Of a stretch of 32,000 bases of DNA, positions 1-10,652 are shown one piece after another. Position 1 is the first letter of the stretch; every line of letters starts with the position of its first letter. Location: assembly GCA_000175855.1 (NCBI GenBank), contig ACYB01000005.1, positions 30,178-62,177 of the forward strand. The letters run 5' to 3'. This DNA is from Raphidiopsis brookii D9. GTDB lineage: Bacteria > Cyanobacteriota > Cyanobacteriia > Cyanobacteriales > Nostocaceae. The notes under the pieces were generated by a model that had not been told where the DNA came from, searched no databases, and worked only from the letters and a program-made list of their open reading frames with translations. Position numbers and translations under genes: made by a program.

Positions 1-194
1 TTCCTAATATGCCAGGAGCTGTTCCTTGGACATCTACGCAAGCACTAAACAACAGTACTTTACCATACGTGTTACAACTAGCTAACTTAGGGCTAGAAGC
101 ATTAGAAGTTAACTCAGCTTTAGCCAAGGGTTTAAATATCAAAAGTCATCATCTCTTACACCCTGCGGTACAGGAGGTATTCCCAGATCTATAG
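1..194 (+). CDS. ald: alanine dehydrogenase, C-terminal fragment (gene begins left of the window)
   Basis: Translated tail PGAVPWTSTQALNNSTLPYVLQLANLGLEALEVNSALAKGLNIKSHHLLHPAVQEVFPDL matches the typical Ald C-terminus (GAVP.TST.ALNN.TLPYV..LA..G..A). Confidence 0.87.
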   Translation, partial: PNMPGAVPWTSTQALNNSTLPYVLQLANLGLEALEVNSALAKGLNIKSHHLLHPAVQEVFPDL

Positions 195-635
195 CTTTAG
201 CTCTTGACATTTTGCATTAGCTTTTTCATAAGCATCTAAGTAATATTGATCACCCAACATTAAATCACCGTAATACTGGTAGGGTGGATCAGTATATATT
301 GGTAAAGGATTGTCTTCTGGATAGTCTTCTTCTGATTCTTCGAGAATTGCTTTTAATTTCTTCAGGGTTAAAACTTGTGCGGGGAAATACCAAATATTTT
401 CAGCTTTTCTTTGCAAATAGGCAAAACTAGGATCGATAATCACATCTTCTAATTCTATCCAAGCATGTTCTATAGGTTTATATGGGTGTCCGGTCAAGGC
501 TAAAAAGCCTTGAACATATTTAGCACCTTCTGTTACTAGTAATGCTTTATATGCGTTTTCAAAAGGTTTCTTAGCTTGACTTTTGATAGTTTGAGCAACC
601 TGTAAAGACAGGGATTCGTTTAATAATTTGCTCAT
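189..635 (-). CDS. conserved hypothetical protein
   Basis: Intact 148-aa ORF with many charged and aromatic residues and the motif HAWIELEDVIIDPSF. Its stop overlaps the end of ald in convergent orientation. Confidence 0.65.
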   Translation of the reverse strand: MSKLLNESLSLQVAQTIKSQAKKPFENAYKALLVTEGAKYVQGFLALTGHPYKPIEHAWIELEDVIIDPSFAYLQRKAENIWYFPAQVLTLKKLKAILEESEEDYPEDNPLPIYTDPPYQYYGDLMLGDQYYLDAYEKANAKCQELKL

Positions 636-830
636 GGTAAGTTAGTTATTTTTAAGGAAAAGGGGACCAAAACTATAAAACACTATAAAACTAAAAACAA
701 GCGACCAGAACCCCATGCTAACTTTGCCATGATGAAATGATCGCTCTTATCCAATTAATCAATTGACACCTAGCCAAAGGAATCAATTGTTATCATCTTA
801 TATCAACATCAGATAACGGGGGATAGAGTG

Positions 831-2264
831 TTACCCCCATAGGGTGTCTGACCCCCCATGGGATGGTGTTGGTTGTAGTATTTGTTGCAAGGTGGGAGCT
901 AAGTTGGGCAAAGGTACTTCTATTTGCTCTCCCGTACTCAAATCCTTTAAGCATGATTTGGCGTTAGCAGCTTCCTGACTACCAATGATGACACAAAATC
1001 TAATTCCCTGTTTATCTGCTAACTGAAATTGCTTACCTAATTGTTTTTTCTCAAAGTTAGTGACAACATTAATTCCCGCTCGTCTTAATTGTTGTGACAC
1101 CTGTAAATAAATGGGCATTAGGTCTTCTTGAATATTTACTACCATTACTTGAGCGGGTGTGGGTGGTAATTTCTGTAAAATATCGGCTTTTAATAATCGA
1201 TTAATTAGTCTAGATAGTCCTATGGAGATCCCTACTCCTGGCATTTTTTCACCCAAAAATATTCCCACTAGTTCTTCATATCTACCACCAGAACAAATAC
1301 TACCAAGGGATTCATGTCCAATTAGGGTGGTTTCATAAACGGTTCCTGTGTAGTAGTTTAACCCACGCGCAATGGATAAGTCAATACAGAAACGTTGGGC
1401 GGGTACTCCTAAATTCTTCACTCCATCAATTACCGCTTCTAATTCACTTACTCCTAAGTTTAAGTTAAATCCTTCCGCTTGGGGTAAATTTACTGCTAGA
1501 TGTTTGAGTTTGTCTAAAACATCATCCACATTGCCATCAATGTTGATAAATTCAATTATCTTTTGGCTTTGTTCTAAAGAAATACCAGTTTTTTCTAGCT
1601 CCTGTTGAACTTGAGATTCACCAATTTTTTCTAGGTTATCAATAATACCAATACAAGTTTTAATTTGCTCCTGGGCAACCCCCAGAGATTGAAAAAAGCC
1701 CGAGAGAATTTTGCGGTTATTAATACGAATGACAAAATCACCAATATTAATGGCTGCAAATATTTCCGTGATAATTGCTGGCATTTGGGCATCGTATAAC
1801 AAACTTAGCTTGTCTCGACCAACTACATCAATGTCACACTGACGAAACTGTCGAAAACGCCCATCTTTTGCCCGTTCCCCCCTAAATACCATATCCATTT
1901 GATAACGGGCAAAGGGGAAAGTTAATTCATTTAAATGACGGGCTATATAAGCAGCTAAAGGAACAGTTTGATCAAATTTTAAAGCCCTAGCTTCCGCACC
2001 AGTTTCCCCAGATTTATCTCTTTCTAATTGGCGGTTCGGTGGTAAAATTGGCTCAATTCCATATATTATATTATCCCCTTGATTGCCTTTGGCTTGCAGT
2101 ACCTCTAGCCTTTCTACCGCTGGTGTTTCTATGGGTGTAAAACCATAACTCTCAAATACTTTACGAATGGTGTCTAGTAAGTATAATTCTAGCCGCTTTT
2201 CCCCAGGGAGAAATTCGGGAAACCCGCTGGGAGTAGCAAAGTTAATTTTCTCGTTTCTTGTCAT
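831..2264 (-). CDS. hisS: histidyl-tRNA synthetase
   Basis: 477 aa with class II aaRS/HisRS motifs: F.TPSGFPEFLPGEK, GFTPIETPAVE, MVFRGERAKDGRFRQFRQCDIDVVG, FCIDLSIARGLNYYTGTVYE, CSGGRYEELVGIF, GVGISIGLSRL. Confidence 0.96.
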   Translation of the reverse strand: MTRNEKINFATPSGFPEFLPGEKRLELYLLDTIRKVFESYGFTPIETPAVERLEVLQAKGNQGDNIIYGIEPILPPNRQLERDKSGETGAEARALKFDQTVPLAAYIARHLNELTFPFARYQMDMVFRGERAKDGRFRQFRQCDIDVVGRDKLSLLYDAQMPAIITEIFAAINIGDFVIRINNRKILSGFFQSLGVAQEQIKTCIGIIDNLEKIGESQVQQELEKTGISLEQSQKIIEFINIDGNVDDVLDKLKHLAVNLPQAEGFNLNLGVSELEAVIDGVKNLGVPAQRFCIDLSIARGLNYYTGTVYETTLIGHESLGSICSGGRYEELVGIFLGEKMPGVGISIGLSRLINRLLKADILQKLPPTPAQVMVVNIQEDLMPIYLQVSQQLRRAGINVVTNFEKKQLGKQFQLADKQGIRFCVIIGSQEAANAKSCLKDLSTGEQIEVPLPNLAPTLQQILQPTPSHGGSDTLWG

Positions 2265-2294
2265 CTTTATACCTGGTTTTGTTAATCCTTCTAA

Positions 2295-3692
2295 TTATGG
2301 TTCATCATCCTGGGAAATTTGCAGAACTACTAGGGTCATATCATCAGTGTTTTGTTTATCAGTTCCAATAAATTCCTGCACTTTATCAAATAAATAATCC
2401 ACTATTTCTTGGGGCCCGTTACAATAGCGACAAGCAGCATTAAATGAAGTAATGAAATTATCTTCACTAAAGCGATCGCCACTTGCAGCTGCGGCATCCG
2501 TCAAACCATCAGTATAATAAATTACAGTATCACCTGGTTCTAAGAGAGCTTGACCACTTTCATATTGACTGTTAGCATCGAGACCAATAAGCATGCCCAT
2601 TGTGTCCAGTCTAGTCACAGTTCTAGATGCGGCATGCCACCACAGAGGTGGGTTATGGGCGGCATTACTATAAGACAAAACTCGGGTTCTTGGGTCATAT
2701 TCAGAATAGAACATAGTAACAAAACGGTTCGAATTTTCTAAATCAGCATACATAACCCGGTTTAAATTTTGCAAAATTCCTGCTGCTGAATTACCGTGAA
2801 GTACCTCACCCCTGAGCATTCCTCGCAACATAGTCATAATTAAACCTGCGGGAACACCTTTACCCATCACATCCGCAATCACTACAGCCCAACAGGTGTT
2901 GTCTTGACTCAGATGGTGGGGAGGGTAACTGGTGGTGTGATTGGTGGCAATAAAATCATAATAATCTCCTCCCACGCGATTCGCTGGTTTAAAACGTGCA
3001 GCCAAGACAGCACCGGGAATATTAGGACATAAACGGGGCAAAAGTCTCCGTTGGATTTCTGCTGCGATTTCCAGTTCTTGATCCAACAGTTCTTTTTTCC
3101 GCAGCTCTACGGACAATTCATCATTGCCAATAGCTACTCCAGTTTGATCAGCAACCAGTCTCACTAGTTTTTGCCTGGTCTCTGTCCAACTGTAATCAGG
3201 ATCCCGACTTAGAACATATAGCCAACCCCTTTCTGTGTGTTTAACTATAATTGCCGTGCCAAAAACCTGTACATCTGGACCCAAATACATTTGCATTTGG
3301 TCGTCCAGTATACTAGTGGTTGTGACTGGCACTGAACTGGGGAAAAGGGTAATTTGACTACTGGCAATTTCCAGGGCTTTACGGATACTTTTCCGTTGCT
3401 GACTATCTTGCCAATGTAACTGTTCTAAGGTAACTTGACCATTGGGTTTATACAGAAACAGGGCACTACCATCCGCATCCGTTACCTTAGCAGCCATAAA
3501 CGGAATTAGTTCCAGAAACTGATTTAAATTGTTGAAACTTCTCAAGGCAAATCCCAGAGAACTCAGCAGCTCTTGAATTTTGTTCTGTTCCCGATGTAAC
3601 CTAGCCACAATCTCTTTTAGTGCCACCATTGGGGTGACATCTCTAGTGGCACTACTATTGATTTCTGTGGATTGAGAAGGAAATTGGGACAC
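2295..3692 (-). CDS. GAF domain and PP2C-type (RsbU/SpoIIE-like) serine phosphatase
   Basis: 465 aa. N-terminal GAF-like region (ADGSALFLYKPNGQ...LVADQTGVAIGN) followed by ELEIAAEIQRRLLP, RVGGDYYDFI, VVIADVMGKGVPAGLIMTMLRGMLRGE, YSNAAHNPPLWW and DTVIYYTDGLTDAA, typical of RsbU phosphatases. Confidence 0.88.
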   Translation of the reverse strand: MSQFPSQSTEINSSATRDVTPMVALKEIVARLHREQNKIQELLSSLGFALRSFNNLNQFLELIPFMAAKVTDADGSALFLYKPNGQVTLEQLHWQDSQQRKSIRKALEIASSQITLFPSSVPVTTTSILDDQMQMYLGPDVQVFGTAIIVKHTERGWLYVLSRDPDYSWTETRQKLVRLVADQTGVAIGNDELSVELRKKELLDQELEIAAEIQRRLLPRLCPNIPGAVLAARFKPANRVGGDYYDFIATNHTTSYPPHHLSQDNTCWAVVIADVMGKGVPAGLIMTMLRGMLRGEVLHGNSAAGILQNLNRVMYADLENSNRFVTMFYSEYDPRTRVLSYSNAAHNPPLWWHAASRTVTRLDTMGMLIGLDANSQYESGQALLEPGDTVIYYTDGLTDAAAASGDRFSEDNFITSFNAACRYCNGPQEIVDYLFDKVQEFIGTDKQNTDDMTLVVLQISQDDEP

Positions 3693-3989
3693 AGGCTGCT
3701 ATTTTCTGTAAGTGTTAGAATAAATGAACAAGCTTTTAAGATTAGTCATTTTAGCAAGGGCATCATAACCGAATATGTAACTTTTAGGGTATTTTAGGTT
3801 AGAAATTCCAGGCGGACATTTTGAATCGTGTGTATGTGTATATGCTCACTCTCCAATGACTAAAAAATAGTTCTAGTGTGAGATTTTACCAGAATTTGTC
3901 CATTTTTTACGAAAAAAAGAATTATTTTTGATAATTTTTATTTCCAACCTATCTCCCCTATCCCAGTTTAAAAGTTTTTAGTTTTTTTG

Positions 3990-5552
3990 TTAGTTTAAGA
4001 GAGCCTCAACAAACTCATAACTGGAGAATGGACGTAAATCTTCAATTCCTTCCCCAGCACCTATAAAGCGAATTGGTAAACCTAACTGTTGCACTACTGC
4101 CAAGGCCACTCCCCCTTTGGCTGTGCCATCTAACTTAGTTAAAACAACACCACTAAGTTGAGCAGCTTGAGAAAAAACTTCAGCTTGTCTAATTCCGTTT
4201 TGTCCTAAGGTGGAATCTAGGACCAACAGCGACTCTACACGGGCATCGGCGGCTTTCTTGTCAATAATTCGACGAATCTTGCTCAGTTCATCCATTAGGT
4301 TTTTCTTGTTTTGCAGTCTCCCTGCTGTGTCTACTAACAGTAATTCCGTTTTCCGTGATTGGGCAGCTGCGATCGCATCAAATACAATAGCAGCAGGGTC
4401 AGTATTTTTACCGGGGTTGGCAATCACTTCTACACCACTTCTACTTCCCCAAACTTTTACCTGCTCCACAGCAGCAGCGCGGAAAGTATCAGCAGCAGCA
4501 ATTAAACAGTTATATCCAGATTTCTGAGCTAGGTGAGCAATTTTACCAATAGTTGTGGTTTTACCAGCACCATTCACCCCTGTAATTAACCAAATAGTGA
4601 GTTTGTCTTTTTCTGGAGCAAAACCCGATCTAGGTGCTGATTCCAGAGGTTTCTCAAGCATATCCCGGAGGATTTGCTTGAGATAGGCAATTGCTTGTTC
4701 GGGGGGGGTAACCTCATCGCGAAGTTTTTTCTGGAGGGATTGAATAATCAAATCAGTAGCTTCAACACCTACATCAGCCTGTAGCAGTACTCCTTCAATT
4801 TCTGCTACTGCGTCTTGATTTAGGGGGCCTTGTCCAACAATAGCTTTTAACTGATTTAGTATATTACGTCTAGTTTTATCCAGTCCCTGACGCAGTTTTT
4901 TCAACCAAGTAATTTCCTCTATGGAAATGTCTTCTGCTCGTCTACCCTGGGCGGCTAAAACTTCTGCTGACCAAACAAAGCCATCGTCAAATTCTAATTC
5001 AGGAATTGCTATTGTGATGCTAACGCTGGGCATAACCGTAGTTTCTGGTTCAGGAACCTCCACAGCAGTGGCAATTAATCTCTCTTGTTTAGCCTGTCTA
5101 TCTGCAGTTGCTCGCTCTAAAAAGGATAATTGCGGATGTCCATCAATTCCCGCTTCCGGTGGAATATGGTCCGTGTCTGAAATCAATTCTTCACCGACAT
5201 CCCTACTGGTCACCAGAATCTCATCTTTAACCGTTACCGGTGAATTGACAGAGCTGTCTTCTGATATTTCCCCAATTTCTTGAGTAATTTGATGGATTTC
5301 TGAAGTTTCACTAGTTGTAACTGAAGATGCTTCATCAGTTACAGTCGTACTTTCTTGATCTTGAGACTGTTGTTTTTGCTGAATATTCTTATAAGCAGCT
5401 TTGGCATAGGCCAACAGATCCGCTGGATCAATTATTGTTTCCGGAGCTGATTCTGGTGATACTTCCTGATTAGATGAAGTTTCACTTTGTACTTGAGTTT
5501 CCGTAATAGCGGAAGAATCATCATGTTGACGGCGAAACCAGTTAAATGACAT
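3990..5552 (-). CDS. ftsY: signal recognition particle receptor FtsY (SRP54-type GTPase)
   Basis: Acidic N-terminal domain plus NG domain: GVNGAGKTTTIGKIA, AADTFRAAAVEQ, LLVDTAGRLQNK, VVLTKLDGTAKGG, IGAGEGIEDLRPF. The ORF track starts at 5618; MSFNWFRRQHDD (start at 5552) looks like the more natural start. Confidence 0.95.
   Translation of the reverse strand: MSFNWFRRQHDDSSAITETQVQSETSSNQEVSPESAPETIIDPADLLAYAKAAYKNIQQKQQSQDQESTTVTDEASSVTTSETSEIHQITQEIGEISEDSSVNSPVTVKDEILVTSRDVGEELISDTDHIPPEAGIDGHPQLSFLERATADRQAKQERLIATAVEVPEPETTVMPSVSITIAIPELEFDDGFVWSAEVLAAQGRRAEDISIEEITWLKKLRQGLDKTRRNILNQLKAIVGQGPLNQDAVAEIEGVLLQADVGVEATDLIIQSLQKKLRDEVTPPEQAIAYLKQILRDMLEKPLESAPRSGFAPEKDKLTIWLITGVNGAGKTTTIGKIAHLAQKSGYNCLIAAADTFRAAAVEQVKVWGSRSGVEVIANPGKNTDPAAIVFDAIAAAQSRKTELLLVDTAGRLQNKKNLMDELSKIRRIIDKKAADARVESLLVLDSTLGQNGIRQAEVFSQAAQLSGVVLTKLDGTAKGGVALAVVQQLGLPIRFIGAGEGIEDLRPFSSYEFVEALLN
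4369..4376. other. HIP1 octamer GCGATCGC (also at 15042-15049, 15471-15478, 18504-18511, 21236-21243, 25251-25258, 30520-30527, 30700-30707)
   Basis: Exact GCGATCGC palindromes read in the sequence. Eight were noted by eye in 32 kb, so the count may be incomplete. Confidence 0.9.
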
Positions 5553-5627
5553 TTTAGCTTGATTAAGTATGATTATTGTGATTTGATCCTTGGAGGATTG
5601 ACAACTCAGAACCACCAAGGTATATAA

Positions 5628-6269
5628 TTAAGCAGGTTGTTTCTGTTCTGTGACCCGACGTAAAACACCATTAATAAATCGATGTCCATCATCGCCACTA
5701 TAACGTTTAGCCAGCTCTACTGCTTCATTAATAGCAATGCTGGGAGGAACCTCCATAAATTTCATTTCAGCCACAGCAATTTGAAGTATATCTCTATCTA
5801 TTTGAGCTAGTCTAGTTACTTGCCAGTCTACCAGTGCTTGGGAGATAATCTGATCTAAAATAGTTCGATTCTCATCAACAGTAACCACAATTTCCTTAGC
5901 GTAATTGCGAACTTCCTTATCTTGATTAGCCAATTGAATCAACTCAGGGAAATCAACAGCTAAACCCAATTGATTAATAGCTGTTTGAGTGCAGCCAATG
6001 GCTTCTTGAAGCATTGTTCTAGCCATATTTAAGTCAGAGGCACGGGTTTGACTAGTTAATAAACGGTCATTGCTGCGCTGTAATTCAGCTGCAGCACTAT
6101 TTAATGTATCCTGTACTTCTGCCGTTAAAGTGCGGACAGCACCAAGAACGAGCTTGGCCATTAGTTGGTCGTCTGGTAGTTTCTGCAATTTTTTAGGATT
6201 GACTGGCAACTGACTAAGACTTAGTAGAGCTAGTTCTCTAGCTATTTGTTGAGGTTTACGAGGTTGCAT
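5628..6269 (-). CDS. nusB: transcription antitermination factor NusB
   Basis: [13 protein letters not shown]..., [45 protein letters not shown], a canonical NusB C-terminus. Confidence 0.93.
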   Translation of the reverse strand: MQPRKPQQIARELALLSLSQLPVNPKKLQKLPDDQLMAKLVLGAVRTLTAEVQDTLNSAAAELQRSNDRLLTSQTRASDLNMARTMLQEAIGCTQTAINQLGLAVDFPELIQLANQDKEVRNYAKEIVVTVDENRTILDQIISQALVDWQVTRLAQIDRDILQIAVAEMKFMEVPPSIAINEAVELAKRYSGDDGHRFINGVLRRVTEQKQPA

Positions 6270-6343
6270 AATCTTACATAATAATATGGTAGGAATAAGA
6301 AATTAACTACAAGTTAAAACCAGGATATTGTTAGGTTGTTAGG

Positions 6344-7057
6344 TCAGAAATCAGGTTCAACACCAACCAGATGGCTTTTGCTTTCTGTGGTTAGTGCTGG
6401 AGTTGTTAAGGGCAATTGGGACATAACTATACCATTGCTAGGCGCGACTATACCGCCAGATACAATGATTTTAAATGCATCCTCTATAGACATTGTCAGA
6501 TTGATTGCTTCATCTTCTGGAACCACTGCGTACCACCCAGTAGTGGGGTTAGGAGTAGTGGGAATAAAAATGCTCAACATGGGACGACTCAATTTTGCTT
6601 GAATGTCGCTGGCAATTACACCAGTGACAAAGCCAATAGACCATATTCCCCTCCTAGGATATTCCAATAACACAACTCGACGGAATTTGCCATTGGAATC
6701 TTTGAGTATGGTCTCTAGCAATTGTTTGAGAGTTTTGTAGACTTGACCAGCTAAGGGAATTGCGTGCAATATCCTCTCCCCAAAGTCAAGCAACCATTTG
6801 CCAAAGATATTCCGGGCCATTAGACCAATAAATAGAATGCTAATTAATGGTACTGCTAAACCGACTAAAAAGTTCAATAAGTTAACTAGTATGGGGTTTA
6901 GTCCATCAAAGGGGTTAAGCTGTTTAGGGATTTGGGTGAGAAAGTTAATTACCCAGTTGGCAATCGTAATGGTTAACCAAATGGTGGTTGCTAGGGGTAT
7001 TACCACCAACAAGCCAGCTATCAAGTCATTTTTTAAGTCCTGTTTAAGCCGTTCCAT
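6344..7057 (-). CDS. DUF502 family membrane protein
   Basis: MERLKQDLKNDLIAGLLVVIPLATTIWLT...IPLAGQVYKTLKQLLETIL...FRRVVLLEYPRRGIWSIGFVTG...VFIPTTPNPTTGWYAVVPEDE matches the DUF502 pattern. The ORF extends to 7213, but the start at 7057 fits the family better. Confidence 0.85.
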   Translation of the reverse strand: MERLKQDLKNDLIAGLLVVIPLATTIWLTITIANWVINFLTQIPKQLNPFDGLNPILVNLLNFLVGLAVPLISILFIGLMARNIFGKWLLDFGERILHAIPLAGQVYKTLKQLLETILKDSNGKFRRVVLLEYPRRGIWSIGFVTGVIASDIQAKLSRPMLSIFIPTTPNPTTGWYAVVPEDEAINLTMSIEDAFKIIVSGGIVAPSNGIVMSQLPLTTPALTTESKSHLVGVEPDF

Positions 7058-7291
7058 GACCAAGCCCGGATCCTCCTTGTTTTGGCTACTAGAATTTTTG
7101 TGATTGATTTCCACACCACAAATCCTTATTGTCAGTCCAGATAAATGAGTCCTAAGTTTAAGATTTATTACTTGTTTCTCATTATCAGTTGCTTTAGTCC
7201 TGCAAATAGGCACGCTAAGACATATTGCCTGTAAATTATTGTTGCAGGTTTTCGAGGTATTATTAATCCTAGCGTTAATCGTAGCTAATGA

Positions 7292-8134
7292 TCACCCAAG
7301 ATTTTGGTTTTCCTTGTTATTGAACCTACGTGTACTAGATGTAGTTTTTAATCCATTCCAACCGATGATAATGTAACCAATAGATAACAACAGACTGCCA
7401 ATTCCTATTCTTAGTCCAGACTTCCAAGCATTGTCTTTAGCTTGTGTTTCTGCTTCCCTTTGGCGTTGGCGAATTTGCTCGATTTTTTGTTTGGCAATTT
7501 CATTGGGATCGGTCTGCTGGGCAATAAATTTATCTATGTCTTGCGGGTTGGCTTGCAGTTTCTTGAGTAACTCTTTCTGTTCCGGGGGAAGTTGGGGGTT
7601 GGCTATTGCTTGTTTATATTTTTGTGGATCTTTAAGTATTTCAGTAATTTGTGCCTTCGCCTGAATTTGAGCCTGTTGTAATTGAGCGCGACCTTGGTCA
7701 TTATTCAGCTGACCCTGGAATTGGGCCAACTGGGTATTAAGTTGGGATTCTGCTTGTTGAGCATCTTGAGCAATTTGATTAACTTTTTCTTTACTGACCT
7801 GATCCACAGTTGTCACATGCAGGGGAAAAATCAACAAAAACATTAGACCAAAAATGCTAGAAAGTATTAAGGAAGGAAATTTAAAATCCATACCCGAATT
7901 TTTTCCCTGTTCATTGGTGTCCAACCAGTGGGCAATGAGAATCATTGCTAAACCTACCATGGGGACAACACCACGATCTACTAATGCTGTGGTTAGACCA
8001 ACTTGTGCTTGTTTATCTGTAAAGTTGAATCCCAGCATCAAAATCAAAAAATCTATGAAAAAAGATAAAATACAAACTATCCCCACTACTTTGAGAGTGA
8101 GGGAAGTATGAGAGTTGGTAGGACGATTAGCCAT
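7292..8134 (-). CDS. HpsJ-like membrane protein associated with the hormogonium polysaccharide (hps) gene set
   Basis: 280 aa: hydrophobic N-terminal helices, coiled-coil Gln-rich middle (DQVSKEKVNQIAQDAQQAESQLNTQLAQFQGQLNND), C-terminal TM (IGIGSLLLSIGYIIIGWNGL). Located next to the hps genes on the same strand. Family call is from memory of HpsJ-type proteins. Confidence 0.6.
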   Translation of the reverse strand: MANRPTNSHTSLTLKVVGIVCILSFFIDFLILMLGFNFTDKQAQVGLTTALVDRGVVPMVGLAMILIAHWLDTNEQGKNSGMDFKFPSLILSSIFGLMFLLIFPLHVTTVDQVSKEKVNQIAQDAQQAESQLNTQLAQFQGQLNNDQGRAQLQQAQIQAKAQITEILKDPQKYKQAIANPQLPPEQKELLKKLQANPQDIDKFIAQQTDPNEIAKQKIEQIRQRQREAETQAKDNAWKSGLRIGIGSLLLSIGYIIIGWNGLKTTSSTRRFNNKENQNLG

Positions 8135-8349
8135 ATTTTCCTAAGTCTGTGGTGAAGAAAACTGATGGGTCTATTAAGTTATCTAAGTTATCTAGAATAT
8201 CAATATCAGTCCAAGCAGGGGTAGTTGCCGAGATGGATAATTGACTTTGATACAACCCAATTAAGTAATGACCATCATTCATAAAATATATCATACTGAT
8301 GATACTGGCTCATCACGATATGGTTTTTAAAAACTGAAACTCGTATTAA

Positions 8350-8871
8350 TTAATAGCAGTAGGCATTATTTTTGATCACAGTATTTTCCCTAGCAGTTCT
8401 GAGGGAACCCAAAATTGTGGAGACAATAACACAGCGTTTTGCCGTTCCACCCGACTTCATAGACAGAGTAACTGTCCCCAAAGGAGGTTTTCTGATAGCG
8501 CCTAAATCATCAAATTGAATATGTCTAATACCATGAGACTCTTGTAAAGTTGTTTCCCGATCTAATTGAACAGCAGAATCTAAACTATGCCAGACCGCAT
8601 TAGCGGGATGAACTAAAATTGGGTGAACGGCCCATTTAACTATACCATTTTCTTGTTTAAAACTAGCTTGCCAAGTAGATTTTTCTTTTTTAGCCTGACT
8701 TTGAGCTTGACGCAATGCTTGATAAACTTGTTCTTGAGCCACATTGAGATGATAGTTTGTCAAAAAACTTAGCCAGGAGGGTGTAACCATTGCTGATAGA
8801 ATACCAATTATCGCTAAAACCATGAGATTTTCCCACACAGTAAATCCTGGCTCTGATGTTTGGGTGTTCAT
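8350..8871 (-). CDS. type IV pilin-like / GspH-like pseudopilin
   Basis: Prepilin-type N-terminus PGFTVWENLMVLAIIGILSAMVTPSWLSFL followed by LNVAQEQVYQALRQAQSQAKKEK, a GspH/FimT-like pattern. Confidence 0.8.
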   Translation of the reverse strand: MNTQTSEPGFTVWENLMVLAIIGILSAMVTPSWLSFLTNYHLNVAQEQVYQALRQAQSQAKKEKSTWQASFKQENGIVKWAVHPILVHPANAVWHSLDSAVQLDRETTLQESHGIRHIQFDDLGAIRKPPLGTVTLSMKSGGTAKRCVIVSTILGSLRTARENTVIKNNAYCY

Positions 8872-8938
8872 AGATAGTGTTCCTCTTTTGGAAAAAAGAC
8901 TTTCTCAACAACTAAATTAATAAACTAATTAACAACTG

Positions 8939-9952
8939 CTATTTATAGAAAAAACCCTTTCCCTTCACCTGAGTGCTAACAGTGGGAAAATAGTGACTTA
9001 GTTGATTACTATTGATATTTAAATTATTAGGAATGCGAGCTAAAGCATCTCCCCGAATAAATACTTGTGCCGTTGCATTCAGTCTATCTACGCAGGCATA
9101 AAAACTAGTCATCCGACCAGTTGTAGTATTACTAAAATTGGATGAAGTAACCCTTGACCAAGTAATTTTAGGGTTAGTAGAGTCCGGGGGACAAACCGCA
9201 GGAGGTATATTATTAATTCTACTGTCAATATAATCTACTAAAACTATGGGGTCATTAGTATATCTAGCACTGTGCTTTCTCCAACCATTCATGATTTGTT
9301 CTAAATTACCTGAATTATTGAGATTAAAAAGAGAAAATCCAGGTTCAGGACAAAATTCTGGGGGATCAGAATTAGAATTGCCCTTTATAGAATTGCCCTT
9401 AATATATGTTCCCGGATATCCATTGCAATCAACTATTTGATTAAACTCTCTAGTATTAGCCAGAACACCATCTCTAATTTTCCATCTAGCAATACGAGCT
9501 GATTTTGACCACTCAGATCCGGATGCAGTTGTATCTCTGATTAAATAATAAACAACCAGAGAATAAACAAAAGCATCATCTTTGATTGAATTTCCGGGAA
9601 CTGGTAAAACATTTTCTATTGTTTCCTGTCGCCAAAAAACCAGCACAGGAACCCTGTCTATACCGGTAGGAGTAGAGGGTAATTGGGATCTGATAGCATT
9701 TATTCCCTGAGCATCATAAATATAAATTGCCTGTTTTAAATCATTGGCAATATAGTTCAAAGCTGTTTGAATTTCTGCCCCAGTAGTTATTTTGGCTTGT
9801 TCCTGTCGGTTTATTTCGATCACATTAATTAGTAACCTTAATAGAAGAGTAATACTGATGACTCCTGTGGTCAAACCAACGAGTAGTTGCACTATGGTAA
9901 ATCCATAGAATGAACCATTTTTTGAGGGCGTAAGTAAGGAGATTATTGACAT
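8939..9952 (-). CDS. hpsC: hormogonium polysaccharide pseudopilin HpsC-like
   Basis: Prepilin-like YGFTIVQLLVGLTTGVISITLLLRLL then QTALNYIANDLKQAIYIYD. Position downstream of hpsA and hpsB. The ORF extends to 10003, but MSIISLLTPSKNG (start 9952) looks like the real start. Confidence 0.72.
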   Translation of the reverse strand: MSIISLLTPSKNGSFYGFTIVQLLVGLTTGVISITLLLRLLINVIEINRQEQAKITTGAEIQTALNYIANDLKQAIYIYDAQGINAIRSQLPSTPTGIDRVPVLVFWRQETIENVLPVPGNSIKDDAFVYSLVVYYLIRDTTASGSEWSKSARIARWKIRDGVLANTREFNQIVDCNGYPGTYIKGNSIKGNSNSDPPEFCPEPGFSLFNLNNSGNLEQIMNGWRKHSARYTNDPIVLVDYIDSRINNIPPAVCPPDSTNPKITWSRVTSSNFSNTTTGRMTSFYACVDRLNATAQVFIRGDALARIPNNLNINSNQLSHYFPTVSTQVKGKGFFYK

Positions 9953-10626
9953 AGGGTGGAACTGGAATAAGTGGTGGGTGCGATCGTACCTAAACGCTGA
10001 CATAGAGAGTAAAAAGAGGTTTTATTATTGGTTACTTCCGTGGTCATTTGTATTAGTGGCACCTGTTTATTGCCAAGATTATGACTTATGGAAGATGAGG
10101 TGGATTTATTAATTGAGATTTGTTGAGTAAAATCAATATCTGCTCTAAAAACTCGTATGGACAAAAGATAACTCTCATTTTTGGAACTTGTGGCAATTGT
10201 ACCCGCTTGAATATAAAACAAATTATTGGAATTATTTTGGCATCCCGTAAAACTAATTATGCCATTTTGGTTATAACAATATAAGCCATTTGCTGATGTT
10301 GGTGCTGGCATTTGCGAGCTGGTAATCAAATAATCTTGGGGACTGGTAGAAATATTCCTGGGAGCTTGTTGACTAGGAGTAATTTCAGATATTACTTGTG
10401 GCGTGACAATGGAACCCATTTTCACCCCATTAACAAATGATGTTACTGCTTGAGCAGCCATTTCCACGCGCCGTGCTTGCATACGGATGGCTGTGGACAT
10501 AATCCATATTGGAGTGATTACCATTAATAATAAAGATACAGTGGAAATGGCCACTAGTGATTCTAAAACAGTAAAACCATCATATTCTGAATAACAGGGT
10601 AAATATTTTTTGAGATGACTTAGCAT
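9943..10626 (-). CDS. hpsB: hormogonium polysaccharide pseudopilin HpsB-like
   Basis: DGFTVLESLVAISTVSLLLMVITPIWI is a canonical prepilin cleavage/methylation motif with Glu at +5. Adjacent to hpsA, and overlaps the start of the downstream hpsC-like gene by about 10 bp. Confidence 0.75.
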   Translation of the reverse strand: MLSHLKKYLPCYSEYDGFTVLESLVAISTVSLLLMVITPIWIMSTAIRMQARRVEMAAQAVTSFVNGVKMGSIVTPQVISEITPSQQAPRNISTSPQDYLITSSQMPAPTSANGLYCYNQNGIISFTGCQNNSNNLFYIQAGTIATSSKNESYLLSIRVFRADIDFTQQISINKSTSSSISHNLGNKQVPLIQMTTEVTNNKTSFYSLCQRLGTIAPTTYSSSTLCQ

Positions 10627-10652
10627 ATTTTTAAAAATAATCTAAGAATAAT

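Noticed and set aside
1372-2397. Plus-strand ORFs 1372..1608 and 2167..2397
   Set aside because: They are antisense shadows of hisS/its start region with low-complexity translations, no family signal and no RBS.
4210-5283. Plus-strand ORFs 4210..4527 (105 aa) and 4921..5283 (120 aa)
   Set aside because: They lie wholly opposite the clearly real ftsY gene. Their Ser/Ala-rich translations mirror its codon usage.
6336-8111. Plus-strand ORFs 6336..6602, 6416..6670, 6798..7103, 7431..7664, 7854..8111
   Set aside because: Antisense to DUF502 and HpsJ-like genes, with no recognisable domains. Treated as spurious.
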